Assembly: GCA_040397175.1 (NCBI GenBank)
Contig: JBBAWM010000003.1
Span: 32,001 to 96,000 of the forward strand
DNA length: 64,000 nt
Reading direction: 5' to 3'
DNA from: Candidatus Limnocylindrus sp.
GTDB lineage: Bacteria; Chloroflexota; Limnocylindria; Limnocylindrales; Limnocylindraceae
The notes below the pieces were generated by a model. The model searched no databases, was not told the DNA's origin, and saw only the letters and a program-made list of their open reading frames with translations. Position 1 is the stretch's first letter. Each line of letters starts with the position of its first letter. Below are positions 38,559-46,968 of the stretch, in pieces. A program made the translations under genes and the position numbers.

Positions 38559-39614
38559 CTACGGCTGGTTGACCGGGACTCCCATCCACTTGGCCAACAC
38601 GGCCGCCGAGTAGCGCCCGTCGTGATACTTCCGGGCGAAGGCTTGGCCTGCGGCGGCGCGAGCGGCCCAGGTGGAGCGATCGGCAACGAGGTCGCGCAGC
38701 ACGCCTTCGAAGGTGGTCGTCATGGCATCGATCACCGGGTGTTCCGGCAGGATCTTGCGTGAGCGGTCGCCAACAGCACCAATCACCAGTCGGCCCGAAG
38801 CGAGCGCCTCTGCGGCGAAGACGCCTGTCGCCCCAAAGCCAACCTTGTCGATGACGATGTCGGCCCAAAGCACCTGCGCACGAACCTCTTCCGGTGGAAT
38901 GCCGGCCACGCTTCGATAGTCAATGAGTCCTTCAGCATCAAGGGCGGAACAGATCTTATCGATCACTTCGCTCTGCGAGAAGGCTCGCCGCGTCCACATG
39001 TGCAACACCTTTGGGCGCGAAGTCGTCACGTCGATCGGCGGCGCAGGGGCAAGCCACCCCGGGGCGATCACCACGGGGAGCCAGGTTGCTCGCGCCACAT
39101 AGGCGTGCAGGTCGAGCGTCGTGATGAAGGTTGTTCCCAGCCAGAAGCGAAGGCGACTACGACGCGCTGAAACGAGTCGCTCAAGTTGCTCAGTCAGCCC
39201 ATCGTTGCTCTGGTGAAATGGGGAGTCAGGGTTTCCGGCCCGATGCTTGCTGGGGAGTCGAATATCGCTGCCGTGGAACAGCATCGCTGTGCGCACCCCG
39301 CGAAGCCGTCGCCCATAGGCGTCTTGGATCACGCGTCGCATTGATCGAGCAGAACCGAACGGCTGACCGCTCTCGTTGATCACATGGGTAAATCGTGTGG
39401 CGATCTCCCTGACCAGCGCCGCATGCTCTTGCGCATCGCGGATCTCTGGCTGGAGCACGCGCTCTACCTGATACGGGTAGGCCTCATCGCCGAGCTTCGC
39501 CTTCCACACCTCGGCCTCCACGCCAAGGAGAGCACGCACGGTCGATGCCCAGGTGCTCGCCTGGCCAACGGTGTTGGTTGGTCCAATGAGAAGGCGTGCC
39601 TCTGAGTGCTTCAC
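38559..39614 (-). CDS. Glycosyltransferase-like protein (GT-B fold)
   Basis: GPTNTVGQ, FHGSDIR, ADIVIDK..FGATGVFAAEALASGR. GTG start 39614 (TATACT-7nt) or 39638. Confidence 0.75.
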   Translation of the reverse strand: MKHSEARLLIGPTNTVGQASTWASTVRALLGVEAEVWKAKLGDEAYPYQVERVLQPEIRDAQEHAALVREIATRFTHVINESGQPFGSARSMRRVIQDAYGRRLRGVRTAMLFHGSDIRLPSKHRAGNPDSPFHQSNDGLTEQLERLVSARRSRLRFWLGTTFITTLDLHAYVARATWLPVVIAPGWLAPAPPIDVTTSRPKVLHMWTRRAFSQSEVIDKICSALDAEGLIDYRSVAGIPPEEVRAQVLWADIVIDKVGFGATGVFAAEALASGRLVIGAVGDRSRKILPEHPVIDAMTTTFEGVLRDLVADRSTWAARAAAGQAFARKYHDGRYSAAVLAKWMGVPVNQP

Positions 39615-39733
39615 ACGCACGAGTATAGATACCTCCACACGCCACCTTGCGGTCCGATGATACGGAGGAGGCGAAACCCATCCGCTACCATTACGGTACG
39701 TGGGGCACCCGCCTCACCAGCGATGGAGGAGCC

Positions 39734-40681
39734 TTGGATCCGATACTCCTGACGGGTTTTGTCGCCTTTGTCGGATTCGCCCTCTTCATCGATCTCTTCT
39801 GGCTGCGCCGCAAGGGCTCGCACATTGTGCCGCCAAAAGAGGCCCTGACCTTCACCGCGATCTGGGTGGCTTCGGCGATCGTGTTTGGGCTGATCGTATG
39901 GTTTGAGAAGAGTGCGGAGACCGGACAGGCCTTCTTTACCGGCTACCTCATTGAATACTCGCTCTCCATCGACAACATCTTTGTCTTCACCATGATCTTT
40001 GCTGCGCTAAAAACTCCGAAGCGGCTCCAGCAGAAGGCGCTGATCTACGGCATCATCATGTCGCTTGTCATGCGGTTCGGCATGATTCTCGTAGGAGCCG
40101 CGCTCGTAGACCGCTTTGAGATCGTCTTGTATGGCTTTGGCGTGTTCCTTCTACTCACCGGAATTCAGATGGTGCTGAAGGACGGCCATATGATGGGCGA
40201 GGGCGAGCCCAGCGCCATTCGTTTTGCTCGTCGATTTGTGCATGTCAGCACCGACTTTGATTCCGAGCGATTCAGGGTGCGCCACGGATCCAAGCTCATG
40301 TGGACGCCGCTCTTCTTGGCGATCGTTGTTATTGGAATTATTGACCTGGTCTTCGCGGTGGACTCAATCCCAGCCATCTTCGGCATCACCAAGGACCCCT
40401 TCGTCGTATTCACCGCCAATGCGTTTGCCATCCTCGGGCTCCGATCTCTCTACTTCCTACTCGCTGACGCGAAGGATCGCTTTCACTACCTACCGAAGGG
40501 ACTCGGTTTGGTCTTGATCTTCATTGGGGCAAAGATGGCCGTGCCGATCGTGCACGCACTGGTGCCAGAGGTCGATGTGCACATTGATCCGCTCCTGAGC
40601 CTGCTCGTTGTCGTTGGCATCCTCGGTGGATCCATACTCCTCTCACTGCTGCGACCAGTCGCGTTGCGCAAGGGGCGCTGA
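39734..40681 (+). CDS. TerC/Alx family membrane protein
   Basis: GYLIEYSLSIDNIFVF, DLVFAVDSIPA, NAFAILGLRSLYF; TTG start with GGAGG RBS. Confidence 0.92.
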   Translation: MDPILLTGFVAFVGFALFIDLFWLRRKGSHIVPPKEALTFTAIWVASAIVFGLIVWFEKSAETGQAFFTGYLIEYSLSIDNIFVFTMIFAALKTPKRLQQKALIYGIIMSLVMRFGMILVGAALVDRFEIVLYGFGVFLLLTGIQMVLKDGHMMGEGEPSAIRFARRFVHVSTDFDSERFRVRHGSKLMWTPLFLAIVVIGIIDLVFAVDSIPAIFGITKDPFVVFTANAFAILGLRSLYFLLADAKDRFHYLPKGLGLVLIFIGAKMAVPIVHALVPEVDVHIDPLLSLLVVVGILGGSILLSLLRPVALRKGR

Positions 40682-40705
40682 AAGCACCAGCCGGGCGGCG
40701 GACAC

Positions 40706-40741
40706 AAAAGTGCCGCTGGCAGGAGGACCACCAGCGGCACT
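40706..40741 (-). terminator. Intrinsic terminator downstream of the DUF5666-like gene
   Basis: 11-bp stem AGTGCCGCTGG/CCAGCGGCACT followed by T run (TTTTGTGT) on the minus strand. Confidence 0.7.
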
Positions 40742-40764
40742 CTACGAGAGGGCTATCGCGTTCG

Positions 40765-41517
40765 TTACTTGATGATCAGCACCGACTCTGCCGCGACCGT
40801 GCCCCGGCCAAGATCCACAGTGACACGAGCGCCAACGGTCAGGTCAGCGATTGTTGCGGTTGCGATCTTGCTGATCGACGTAGTGGCGCCGATCGTGACC
40901 GTGATGGTCTTGGTGCCACGGGGCATGACGACCTCGAGCGTTAGCGTGTTTCCGTTTACCGCGGTGACCTTCGCTGGGCGACCGAGGTGGAGATGAGCCG
41001 TGGTGAGCCCGTTGGTCAAGACACTGATATTGGTGACCTCTTGCGTTGTGCTGCGACCAGGCAGCTTTGCCGCAACAAGCACGTAGGAACCAACGGTCAC
41101 ATCGGTGGAAGAACCTGAAGACTGCGTGAAGTATTGGCTGGTGCCGTCAAGCGTTGCCGTCGTCGTCGTGCCATCAGCAGACGTGACCGATAGTTCGGTT
41201 GCGGACGCACTTGCGACCGTACCAACCAGGTCGGCAACGGCTCGTGGCCCGCGATCCCCCTGGTGCCTTCCGCCAGCGTGGTCGCCGTGCATCTCCATGC
41301 GAGCTTCCATCCCTGGACCTGGTAGTCGGCCGTCGCCGCCCTTAGGCCCATCATGCGCGAGCGTTGTTCCGGCAAGTGCGCCAGCTGCCACAAGGGCCGC
41401 CGCGCCCAAAACGGTTGGCAAGTTGTTGCGAATGCCGCTAAAGCGCGACGGCGAAACCACCTGCTTCACCTCCGGCGCTGACCGCTCTGTCGGGGCGAGC
41501 TTTACGACTCGTGCCAT
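40765..41517 (-). CDS. Exported DUF5666-like (tandem OB-fold) protein
   Basis: TM/signal segment; repeats GTVASASATELSVT...DVTVG and KVTAVNGNTLTL...DLTVG; AAGGAG RBS before MARVVK. Confidence 0.6.
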   Translation of the reverse strand: MARVVKLAPTERSAPEVKQVVSPSRFSGIRNNLPTVLGAAALVAAGALAGTTLAHDGPKGGDGRLPGPGMEARMEMHGDHAGGRHQGDRGPRAVADLVGTVASASATELSVTSADGTTTTATLDGTSQYFTQSSGSSTDVTVGSYVLVAAKLPGRSTTQEVTNISVLTNGLTTAHLHLGRPAKVTAVNGNTLTLEVVMPRGTKTITVTIGATTSISKIATATIADLTVGARVTVDLGRGTVAAESVLIIK

Positions 41518-41626
41518 GGGTTGCTCCTTCCAGATCTTCGAGGGCATCTCCCTCGTTCTCACCCATTCTGCGCCCCGCGCATTAGCGCTTTCTTTGTTGA
41601 GCATTGGAATGCGCCAAACTACCTCC

Positions 41627-42616
41627 ATGATCCGTGCTCAACGACCTCGGAATTTGCTGTGTGTAGGGCCTCTCCTCGCACTCATCCTGGTGACGTCAGC
41701 CCTTGGCGCCGCCCTGCCGGGGGGTGGGGTTGTAGCGGCGGGAGTTGCGCCACAAGCAGTTGAGGTGCCTTCGATCACCCCCTGCTCTGAGATTATCAAG
41801 CGCAAGATCGTCATCACACGCACGTCGATCGGCATCCAGGGTGCGGTCACCACAAAGAACTTTCGTACCAACCAGTGGGCGACCTCGCTGCTTGATCCCA
41901 TGTACCGGCTCTCCTCGAGCTACAAGCCGAGCAACCTTGTCGCAATCACCTGGCGTGGTCTGATCAGCCCGAAGGGCGGATACCTGCTGAAGCGCGAGGC
42001 GGCCGATGCACTGAGCGCGATGTTCGCCGAAGCAAAGCTGGGTCGGGTTTCCCTAACGATTCTCTCCGCGTATCGATCGTATTCAACGCAGGTTGCAACC
42101 TTTGCAAAGTGGGTTGCCAAGGCTGGGCTACAAGAGGCGCGCAAGTATGGTGCGGTCCCAGGACACTCGGAGCACCAGCTCGGCACCACCGTTGACCTTG
42201 GAAGCGCAACTGGCGTCTCGTGGAGCGACCCCAAATTCCCAACCTCCACAACCGCGCGCTGGCTTGAGCAGAACGCGTACCGGTTCGGTTTCGTTCGCTC
42301 GTATCCGGCAGGCGCGGCACAGATTGCCCTCAGTTGCTACGGCGCGGAGGCGTGGCACTGGCGCTACGTTGGAAAGAGCCTTGCGTACGAGATCGTGTGT
42401 AGTGCGCAGGTTCCGCGCATCTTCTTGTGGAACCGTCAAAACGATGGCGAACGAATTATTGATCTCACATGCGGCTCACTCACACCGCCAGATGGGTATG
42501 TGCTGCCGAGCCCGAGCATTACGCCGCCAGCGAGTGAGTCGCCAAGTGACGCACCATCGGTGCCACCCGAAGGGCCAACCGCCCCTCCTACTGGGCCGGT
42601 AGTGACTCCGCCATAG
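41627..42616 (+). CDS. M15 (VanY-like) D-Ala-D-Ala carboxypeptidase
   Basis: SAYRS, GHSEHQLG..VD, YRFGF..SYP, EAWHWRYVG; signal peptide; Pro-rich tail. Confidence 0.88.
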   Translation: MIRAQRPRNLLCVGPLLALILVTSALGAALPGGGVVAAGVAPQAVEVPSITPCSEIIKRKIVITRTSIGIQGAVTTKNFRTNQWATSLLDPMYRLSSSYKPSNLVAITWRGLISPKGGYLLKREAADALSAMFAEAKLGRVSLTILSAYRSYSTQVATFAKWVAKAGLQEARKYGAVPGHSEHQLGTTVDLGSATGVSWSDPKFPTSTTARWLEQNAYRFGFVRSYPAGAAQIALSCYGAEAWHWRYVGKSLAYEIVCSAQVPRIFLWNRQNDGERIIDLTCGSLTPPDGYVLPSPSITPPASESPSDAPSVPPEGPTAPPTGPVVTPP

Positions 42617-43346
42617 TTTGCTCGCCCCTTCGGTACACGAGAGCAGCAATCACGACCGCTCCGAGCAGTACCGGTGTCGTTACCGCAGGGAAGAGCGTGC
42701 GCACTACCGCAACCGGAAGGTGAATCGCCACTGGAAGGAATAGGCCGCGACCTATGGTGCGCGCGCCACCCCCGCGCACCACAGCGCGAAGGGTGATTGC
42801 AGTCAGCAGCGCGTGGAGCCCAAGAATGAGCGCCCCCTGCAGAATCGATACCAGTACAAACGCAGATGTTTGGTTCGTAAAGAAGATTGCGACGGCGTGA
42901 ACCTTATCAATAACCTCGCTACTCTGCCCAACGAAGATGCTCCCATCGCTGATCTTGTCGAGGATGATGACGGCTGAAAGTGTTGGGATCAGCGAGCTCG
43001 TAAGCAGGTCGATGGCGCCGTGTCCGAATCCGAACGCCGTGCTCGGCCGTTCACCGCGAACGCGACGGGCGGCGGTAGCGAGGATCAGTGCGCGGCTCAC
43101 CTCTTGAAGTGGGGCGCCGGCAAACGCGGCGACGAGCGGGCCGAACAGGAAGAGCGTGACAACCTGCGCTGTTTGGCTTAAGACGAACGAGATGCTACCG
43201 AATGCCCACCCGCTCAGGGATCGCGCCCAGGTAGCGGCGGCGATCGCGCTCCCAACGATCAGAGCGCCAATGCCAAGGAGGGCAAACGTAAAGAGTGACG
43301 ACGCTGCGGAGAGCGCCTCAGGTGATGGCAGGTCGACCGTAGTCAC
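42588..43346 (-). CDS. YhfC/PrsW-like intramembrane glutamic protease family protein (degenerate motifs)
   Basis: QEVSR, FGFGHGAID, LGLH, AIH; polytopic. Confidence 0.55.
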   Translation of the reverse strand: MTTVDLPSPEALSAASSLFTFALLGIGALIVGSAIAAATWARSLSGWAFGSISFVLSQTAQVVTLFLFGPLVAAFAGAPLQEVSRALILATAARRVRGERPSTAFGFGHGAIDLLTSSLIPTLSAVIILDKISDGSIFVGQSSEVIDKVHAVAIFFTNQTSAFVLVSILQGALILGLHALLTAITLRAVVRGGGARTIGRGLFLPVAIHLPVAVVRTLFPAVTTPVLLGAVVIAALVYRRGEQTMAESLPAQ

Positions 43347-44020
43347 CGACGAGAGATGGTGCGCGACGATCTCTGGCCGCGACTCCAGACGCGGTAGGCG
43401 ACAAAGAGTGTGCCCGCGATGCTGAGCGCCAGGCCGATCAAGAGGGTGAGGATTGCCGCCTCACTGAGCGCCAGGAGTCCGAGGAGTGCCGTGACGGCGC
43501 CGACCAGAATCCAAATTCCGCCAATGAAGCGATGCGATGCATCCCAGGCAGCTTCGCTCTCGAGCGTCCAGGGGAGACGTACGCCGATCGTGTAGTTCTG
43601 GCGGATGTTCGGCAAGGCGTATCCAAGGATGGCGAACAGCGTGCCAGCAACAATCGGTACCGCTCGGTCGAGCCGTGCCGCCTCGCCGAAACCAGAGTTA
43701 ATGATTGCCGACTGCACCACGGCAACCAGTAGCGAGAGGGCAACGACGACGATCCCAAGCGCCTCAGCGCTACGGGCGATGTTCGCGCGCTTCGGGTCAA
43801 AGCGCACCGCGAGCCAGAGCAGCCCGCCCACCAGCGCCGTAGTGATGGGAACGATCAGGAGCGCCTCCCGTCCAGCGAAGCCATCAGCGATGCCGTTGAT
43901 GTTCCAGTGGATCGCCAAGACGGCGTCGGCTGGAAGTGTTTGGAAGGCCGTAAGGGTGAAGAAGGCGGTCGCCGCCAGCGCGACCGTGCTGACCGCTCGA
44001 GGGTAGGGGTTCAGTTCCAT
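43343..44020 (-). CDS. SdpI family immunity protein (DUF1648 + SdpI)
   Basis: HWNINGIADG, DPKRANI, NYTIGVRLPWTL.SE.AW..SHR. Confidence 0.88.
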   Translation of the reverse strand: MELNPYPRAVSTVALAATAFFTLTAFQTLPADAVLAIHWNINGIADGFAGREALLIVPITTALVGGLLWLAVRFDPKRANIARSAEALGIVVVALSLLVAVVQSAIINSGFGEAARLDRAVPIVAGTLFAILGYALPNIRQNYTIGVRLPWTLESEAAWDASHRFIGGIWILVGAVTALLGLLALSEAAILTLLIGLALSIAGTLFVAYRVWSRGQRSSRTISRR

Positions 44021-44029
44021 CCGTTGACT

Positions 44030-45454
44030 CTAGAGCCCTTTCACTTCGGTGACGACCTGGGAGAGCACACTCTTGGCATCGCCGAAGAGCATCGAGGTCT
44101 TGTCGAGGTAGAAGAGTTCGTTCTCAATGCCCGCGAAGCCGGTCGCCATGCCGCGCTTGACCACGATGACCTGCTCGGCATCCTGCACGTTGAGGATCGG
44201 CATGCCGTAGATCGGTGAGCCTGGGTCGTTCTTGGCGGCAGGGTTCGTTACGTCGTTGGCGCCGAGCACCAACGCAACGTCGCAGGCGTGGAACTCTTCG
44301 TTGATCTCTTCGAGGTCGAAGAGGTGGTCGTACGGCACGTTTGCCTCGGCGAGCAGCACGTTCATGTGGCCCGGCATGCGCCCAGCAACCGGATGGATGG
44401 CGAAGCGCACGCGGCCGCCGCGCTTCTCGATCAGCTCGGCAAGCTCACGAACGGCGTGTTGCGCCTGCGCCACCGCCATGCCGTAGCCCGGCACGATGAT
44501 CACGTTGCGCGCGTAGCCGATGCGCATTGCCGCATCCTCCGCGGTGATGCTGCGGGTCGTCAGGCCCTCAGCGCTCTTGGCAGAGACGGCCGCCTTCTCG
44601 CCGCCGAACGCCCCAAACAACACATTGGCAAATGAGCGATTCATGGCCTTCGACATAAGGATCGAAAGGATGAAGCCACTGGCGCCGTCGAGGGCGCCAG
44701 CCACGATCAAGATGTTGTTGCCAATTGCGAATCCCGTGGCGCTCGCAGCAAGTCCTGCATAGGAGTTGAGCAGCGAGACAACTACCGGCATGTCAGCACC
44801 GCCAATCGGCAGCACCAGGGTGACGCCGATGATCAGTGCGAGCACCGTCATCACGGCGAACATGATGACCCCCGCGTCTCCCGTCGATCCACCCGACTGG
44901 GTCAGGACCAGCGTCACATAGAGCCCGACGGCGCCCAAGAAGACGGCGGCGTTGATCAGCTTCTGCCCCGGGAAGGTGACTGGTCGGCCAGTGACGAAGC
45001 CCTGCAACTTGCCGAATGCCATGAAAGAGCCGGTGATGGTGAGCGCGCCGAAGAGCGTCTCGAAGCCGAGGGCGATCATCTTCACCACGCCAGGGCCGCC
45101 CGAGATGTCGCGGTAGTGCAGGAACTCGGCGATGCCGACGAGGGTCACCGCAAGTGCGCCGAACATGTGGCTAATCGCGATGCGTTGCGGCATGGCGGTC
45201 ATTGGCACGAGCAGGCCCATCGGTAAGCCGATCGCGCTACCAACGACGAGGCCGACGATGATGAACTGGTAGGTAACGATCTCATGGTTGAGCAGGGTGC
45301 CGATGATGGCAAGCAGCATGCCCACCGCAGCAAGCTGCATGCCGCGGCGCGCAGTATCGGGCTTCGTTAGGCCACGCAAGCCGAGAATGAATGCCGCGGA
45401 TGCGCCGATGTAGGCGATCTGCACGAAGAATGCGCCGATCTGCTGGTCGATCAC
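44030..45454 (-). CDS. pntB: NAD(P) transhydrogenase subunit beta
   Basis: MTAMPQ, IGGADMPVV, AMNRS, PGYGMAVAQAQ, HPVAGRMPGHMN, GANDVTNPAA, GDAK. Confidence 0.97.
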   Translation of the reverse strand: MIDQQIGAFFVQIAYIGASAAFILGLRGLTKPDTARRGMQLAAVGMLLAIIGTLLNHEIVTYQFIIVGLVVGSAIGLPMGLLVPMTAMPQRIAISHMFGALAVTLVGIAEFLHYRDISGGPGVVKMIALGFETLFGALTITGSFMAFGKLQGFVTGRPVTFPGQKLINAAVFLGAVGLYVTLVLTQSGGSTGDAGVIMFAVMTVLALIIGVTLVLPIGGADMPVVVSLLNSYAGLAASATGFAIGNNILIVAGALDGASGFILSILMSKAMNRSFANVLFGAFGGEKAAVSAKSAEGLTTRSITAEDAAMRIGYARNVIIVPGYGMAVAQAQHAVRELAELIEKRGGRVRFAIHPVAGRMPGHMNVLLAEANVPYDHLFDLEEINEEFHACDVALVLGANDVTNPAAKNDPGSPIYGMPILNVQDAEQVIVVKRGMATGFAGIENELFYLDKTSMLFGDAKSVLSQVVTEVKGL

Positions 45455-45834
45455 TTCGGCGCCTCCGTCTTCTTGAACATCTTCAACATGCGGTCGGTGA
45501 TCACGAAGCCGCCGACGACGTTGATCGTTGCGGCGGCAACGGCGACCATCCCCATGATGTTGATGAAGAGGGGCCGCTCAGCACCAGCGATCACGATGCT
45601 GGCAACGAGGCTGATCGCCGAGATGGCATTCGTTGCCGCCATCAACGGGGTGTGCAAGAGCGGTGGCACCTTGGTGATGATCTGGAAACCGGTGAACGCG
45701 GCGAGCAGGAAGACGTAGATCTCGACGATCTGGCCGTCGACGAGCGTTGCTGCTGTGGCCGTAGCGGCGCCGTCGGAGGTTGTCGCAGCGATGAACGCGG
45801 CGGCGGCACCGAGGGCGGTCAAGAGCGCCGTCAT
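45451..45834 (-). CDS. pntA: NAD(P) transhydrogenase subunit alpha, membrane part
   Basis: VPPLLHTPLM..TNAIS, INVVGGF.ITDRML.MF. Confidence 0.95.
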   Translation of the reverse strand: MTALLTALGAAAAFIAATTSDGAATATAATLVDGQIVEIYVFLLAAFTGFQIITKVPPLLHTPLMAATNAISAISLVASIVIAGAERPLFINIMGMVAVAAATINVVGGFVITDRMLKMFKKTEAPK

Positions 45835-46943
45835 GATGCCTTCACTGGCACAGCGCCGTTATGCACCACCAGCATTGGGCCGGTGATCTCGTCGGCGGCA
45901 TTCACGGTCAGCGCGCCGTTCTCGCCGCTCAGGTGCGTCAAGAGTGTGCGCACGTTGGTGGAGAACATCTGGCTGGCATGCAGTGGAACCGACGCAGCGA
46001 TGTTTGCCACGCCGATGAGTTGCACACCGTGGCGCACCACCGTCTCTCCCGCAACAGAGCCCTCGACGTTGCCGCCCGACTCAGCGGCAAGGTCAAGCAC
46101 AACAGATCCTGGTCGCATCGTCGCAAGCATTGCATCAGTAACTAGAACCGGCGCCTTGCGCCCCGGGATCAGCGCCGTCGTGAGCACCAGGTCCTGGCTC
46201 TTGATGTGGTCGGCGATGATCGCGGCGTTCTGGGCGGCCTCGTCCTCGGTCTGCGCACGGGCGTAGCCGCCCGTCCCCTCCGCCTTTGCCGCGGGCTCGA
46301 CGAACTGTGCGCCGAGCGAGCGCACCTGCTCACCGGCGGCGGATCGCACGTCGAAGGCGCTCACGACCGCGCCGAGGCGGCGTGCCGTAGCAATGGCCTG
46401 CAGGCCAGCAACACCGGCGCCCAACACAAAGGCCTTGGCAGGGGCGATGCTGCCGGCTGCCGTGGTCAACATGGGCAGGAACTTGTCGAGCGCACTCGCT
46501 CCAACGAGTACCGCCTTATAGCCAGCGACGCCGCTCTGCGACGAGAGCACGTCCATCGACTGCGCGCGACTGATGCGTGGCACGAGCTCGAGCGCGAGGG
46601 CGGTGAGGCCGCGCTCCTTGAGTGCTGGGAGCAGGTCGTCGTTGGAGCCGGGGGTCAAGAGGGCAACAAGGGTGGAGCCCTTCGGTAGTAGTGCCGCCTC
46701 GGCGCTGCTCGGCTTGCGCACCTTCACGACCATCTCGGGGTTGCCACCACACAGTGCAGTGGCATCGGCGGCAAGTGTTGCGCCCGCCTTCTCGTAGGTG
46801 GTGTCGAGGAATCCGGCAGCCTCACCAGCACCGCGCTGCACGACGACCTGGTGGCCAGCTGCCACAAGCTTGGCGACGGCGTCAGGTACGAGGGCAACGC
46901 GTCGCTCGCCCGTAACGGTTTCGCGCAAGACGCCGATTCGCAT
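45831..46943 (-). CDS. pntA: NAD(P) transhydrogenase subunit alpha, NAD-binding part
   Basis: ERRVAL, RISRAQSMDVLSSQ, GAGVAGL, GGYA, TTALIPG, GGN. Start reset to MRIGV. Confidence 0.95.
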   Translation of the reverse strand: MRIGVLRETVTGERRVALVPDAVAKLVAAGHQVVVQRGAGEAAGFLDTTYEKAGATLAADATALCGGNPEMVVKVRKPSSAEAALLPKGSTLVALLTPGSNDDLLPALKERGLTALALELVPRISRAQSMDVLSSQSGVAGYKAVLVGASALDKFLPMLTTAAGSIAPAKAFVLGAGVAGLQAIATARRLGAVVSAFDVRSAAGEQVRSLGAQFVEPAAKAEGTGGYARAQTEDEAAQNAAIIADHIKSQDLVLTTALIPGRKAPVLVTDAMLATMRPGSVVLDLAAESGGNVEGSVAGETVVRHGVQLIGVANIAASVPLHASQMFSTNVRTLLTHLSGENGALTVNAADEITGPMLVVHNGAVPVKAS

Positions 46944-46968
46944 AACTCCCCCTTTCGCTCTCGGTAGT

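Noticed and set aside
38480-39640. Genomic island integrated at tRNA-Thr or tRNA-Glu
   Set aside because: No integrase and no duplicated tRNA 3' end (att site) seen in the window.
39640-39733. yybP-ykoY (Mn) or fluoride riboswitch upstream of terC
   Set aside because: No GGGAGUAG...GAGACC core. A TACCAT -10 box leaves a short UTR with one small hairpin, and GCGATGGAG is just the RBS region.
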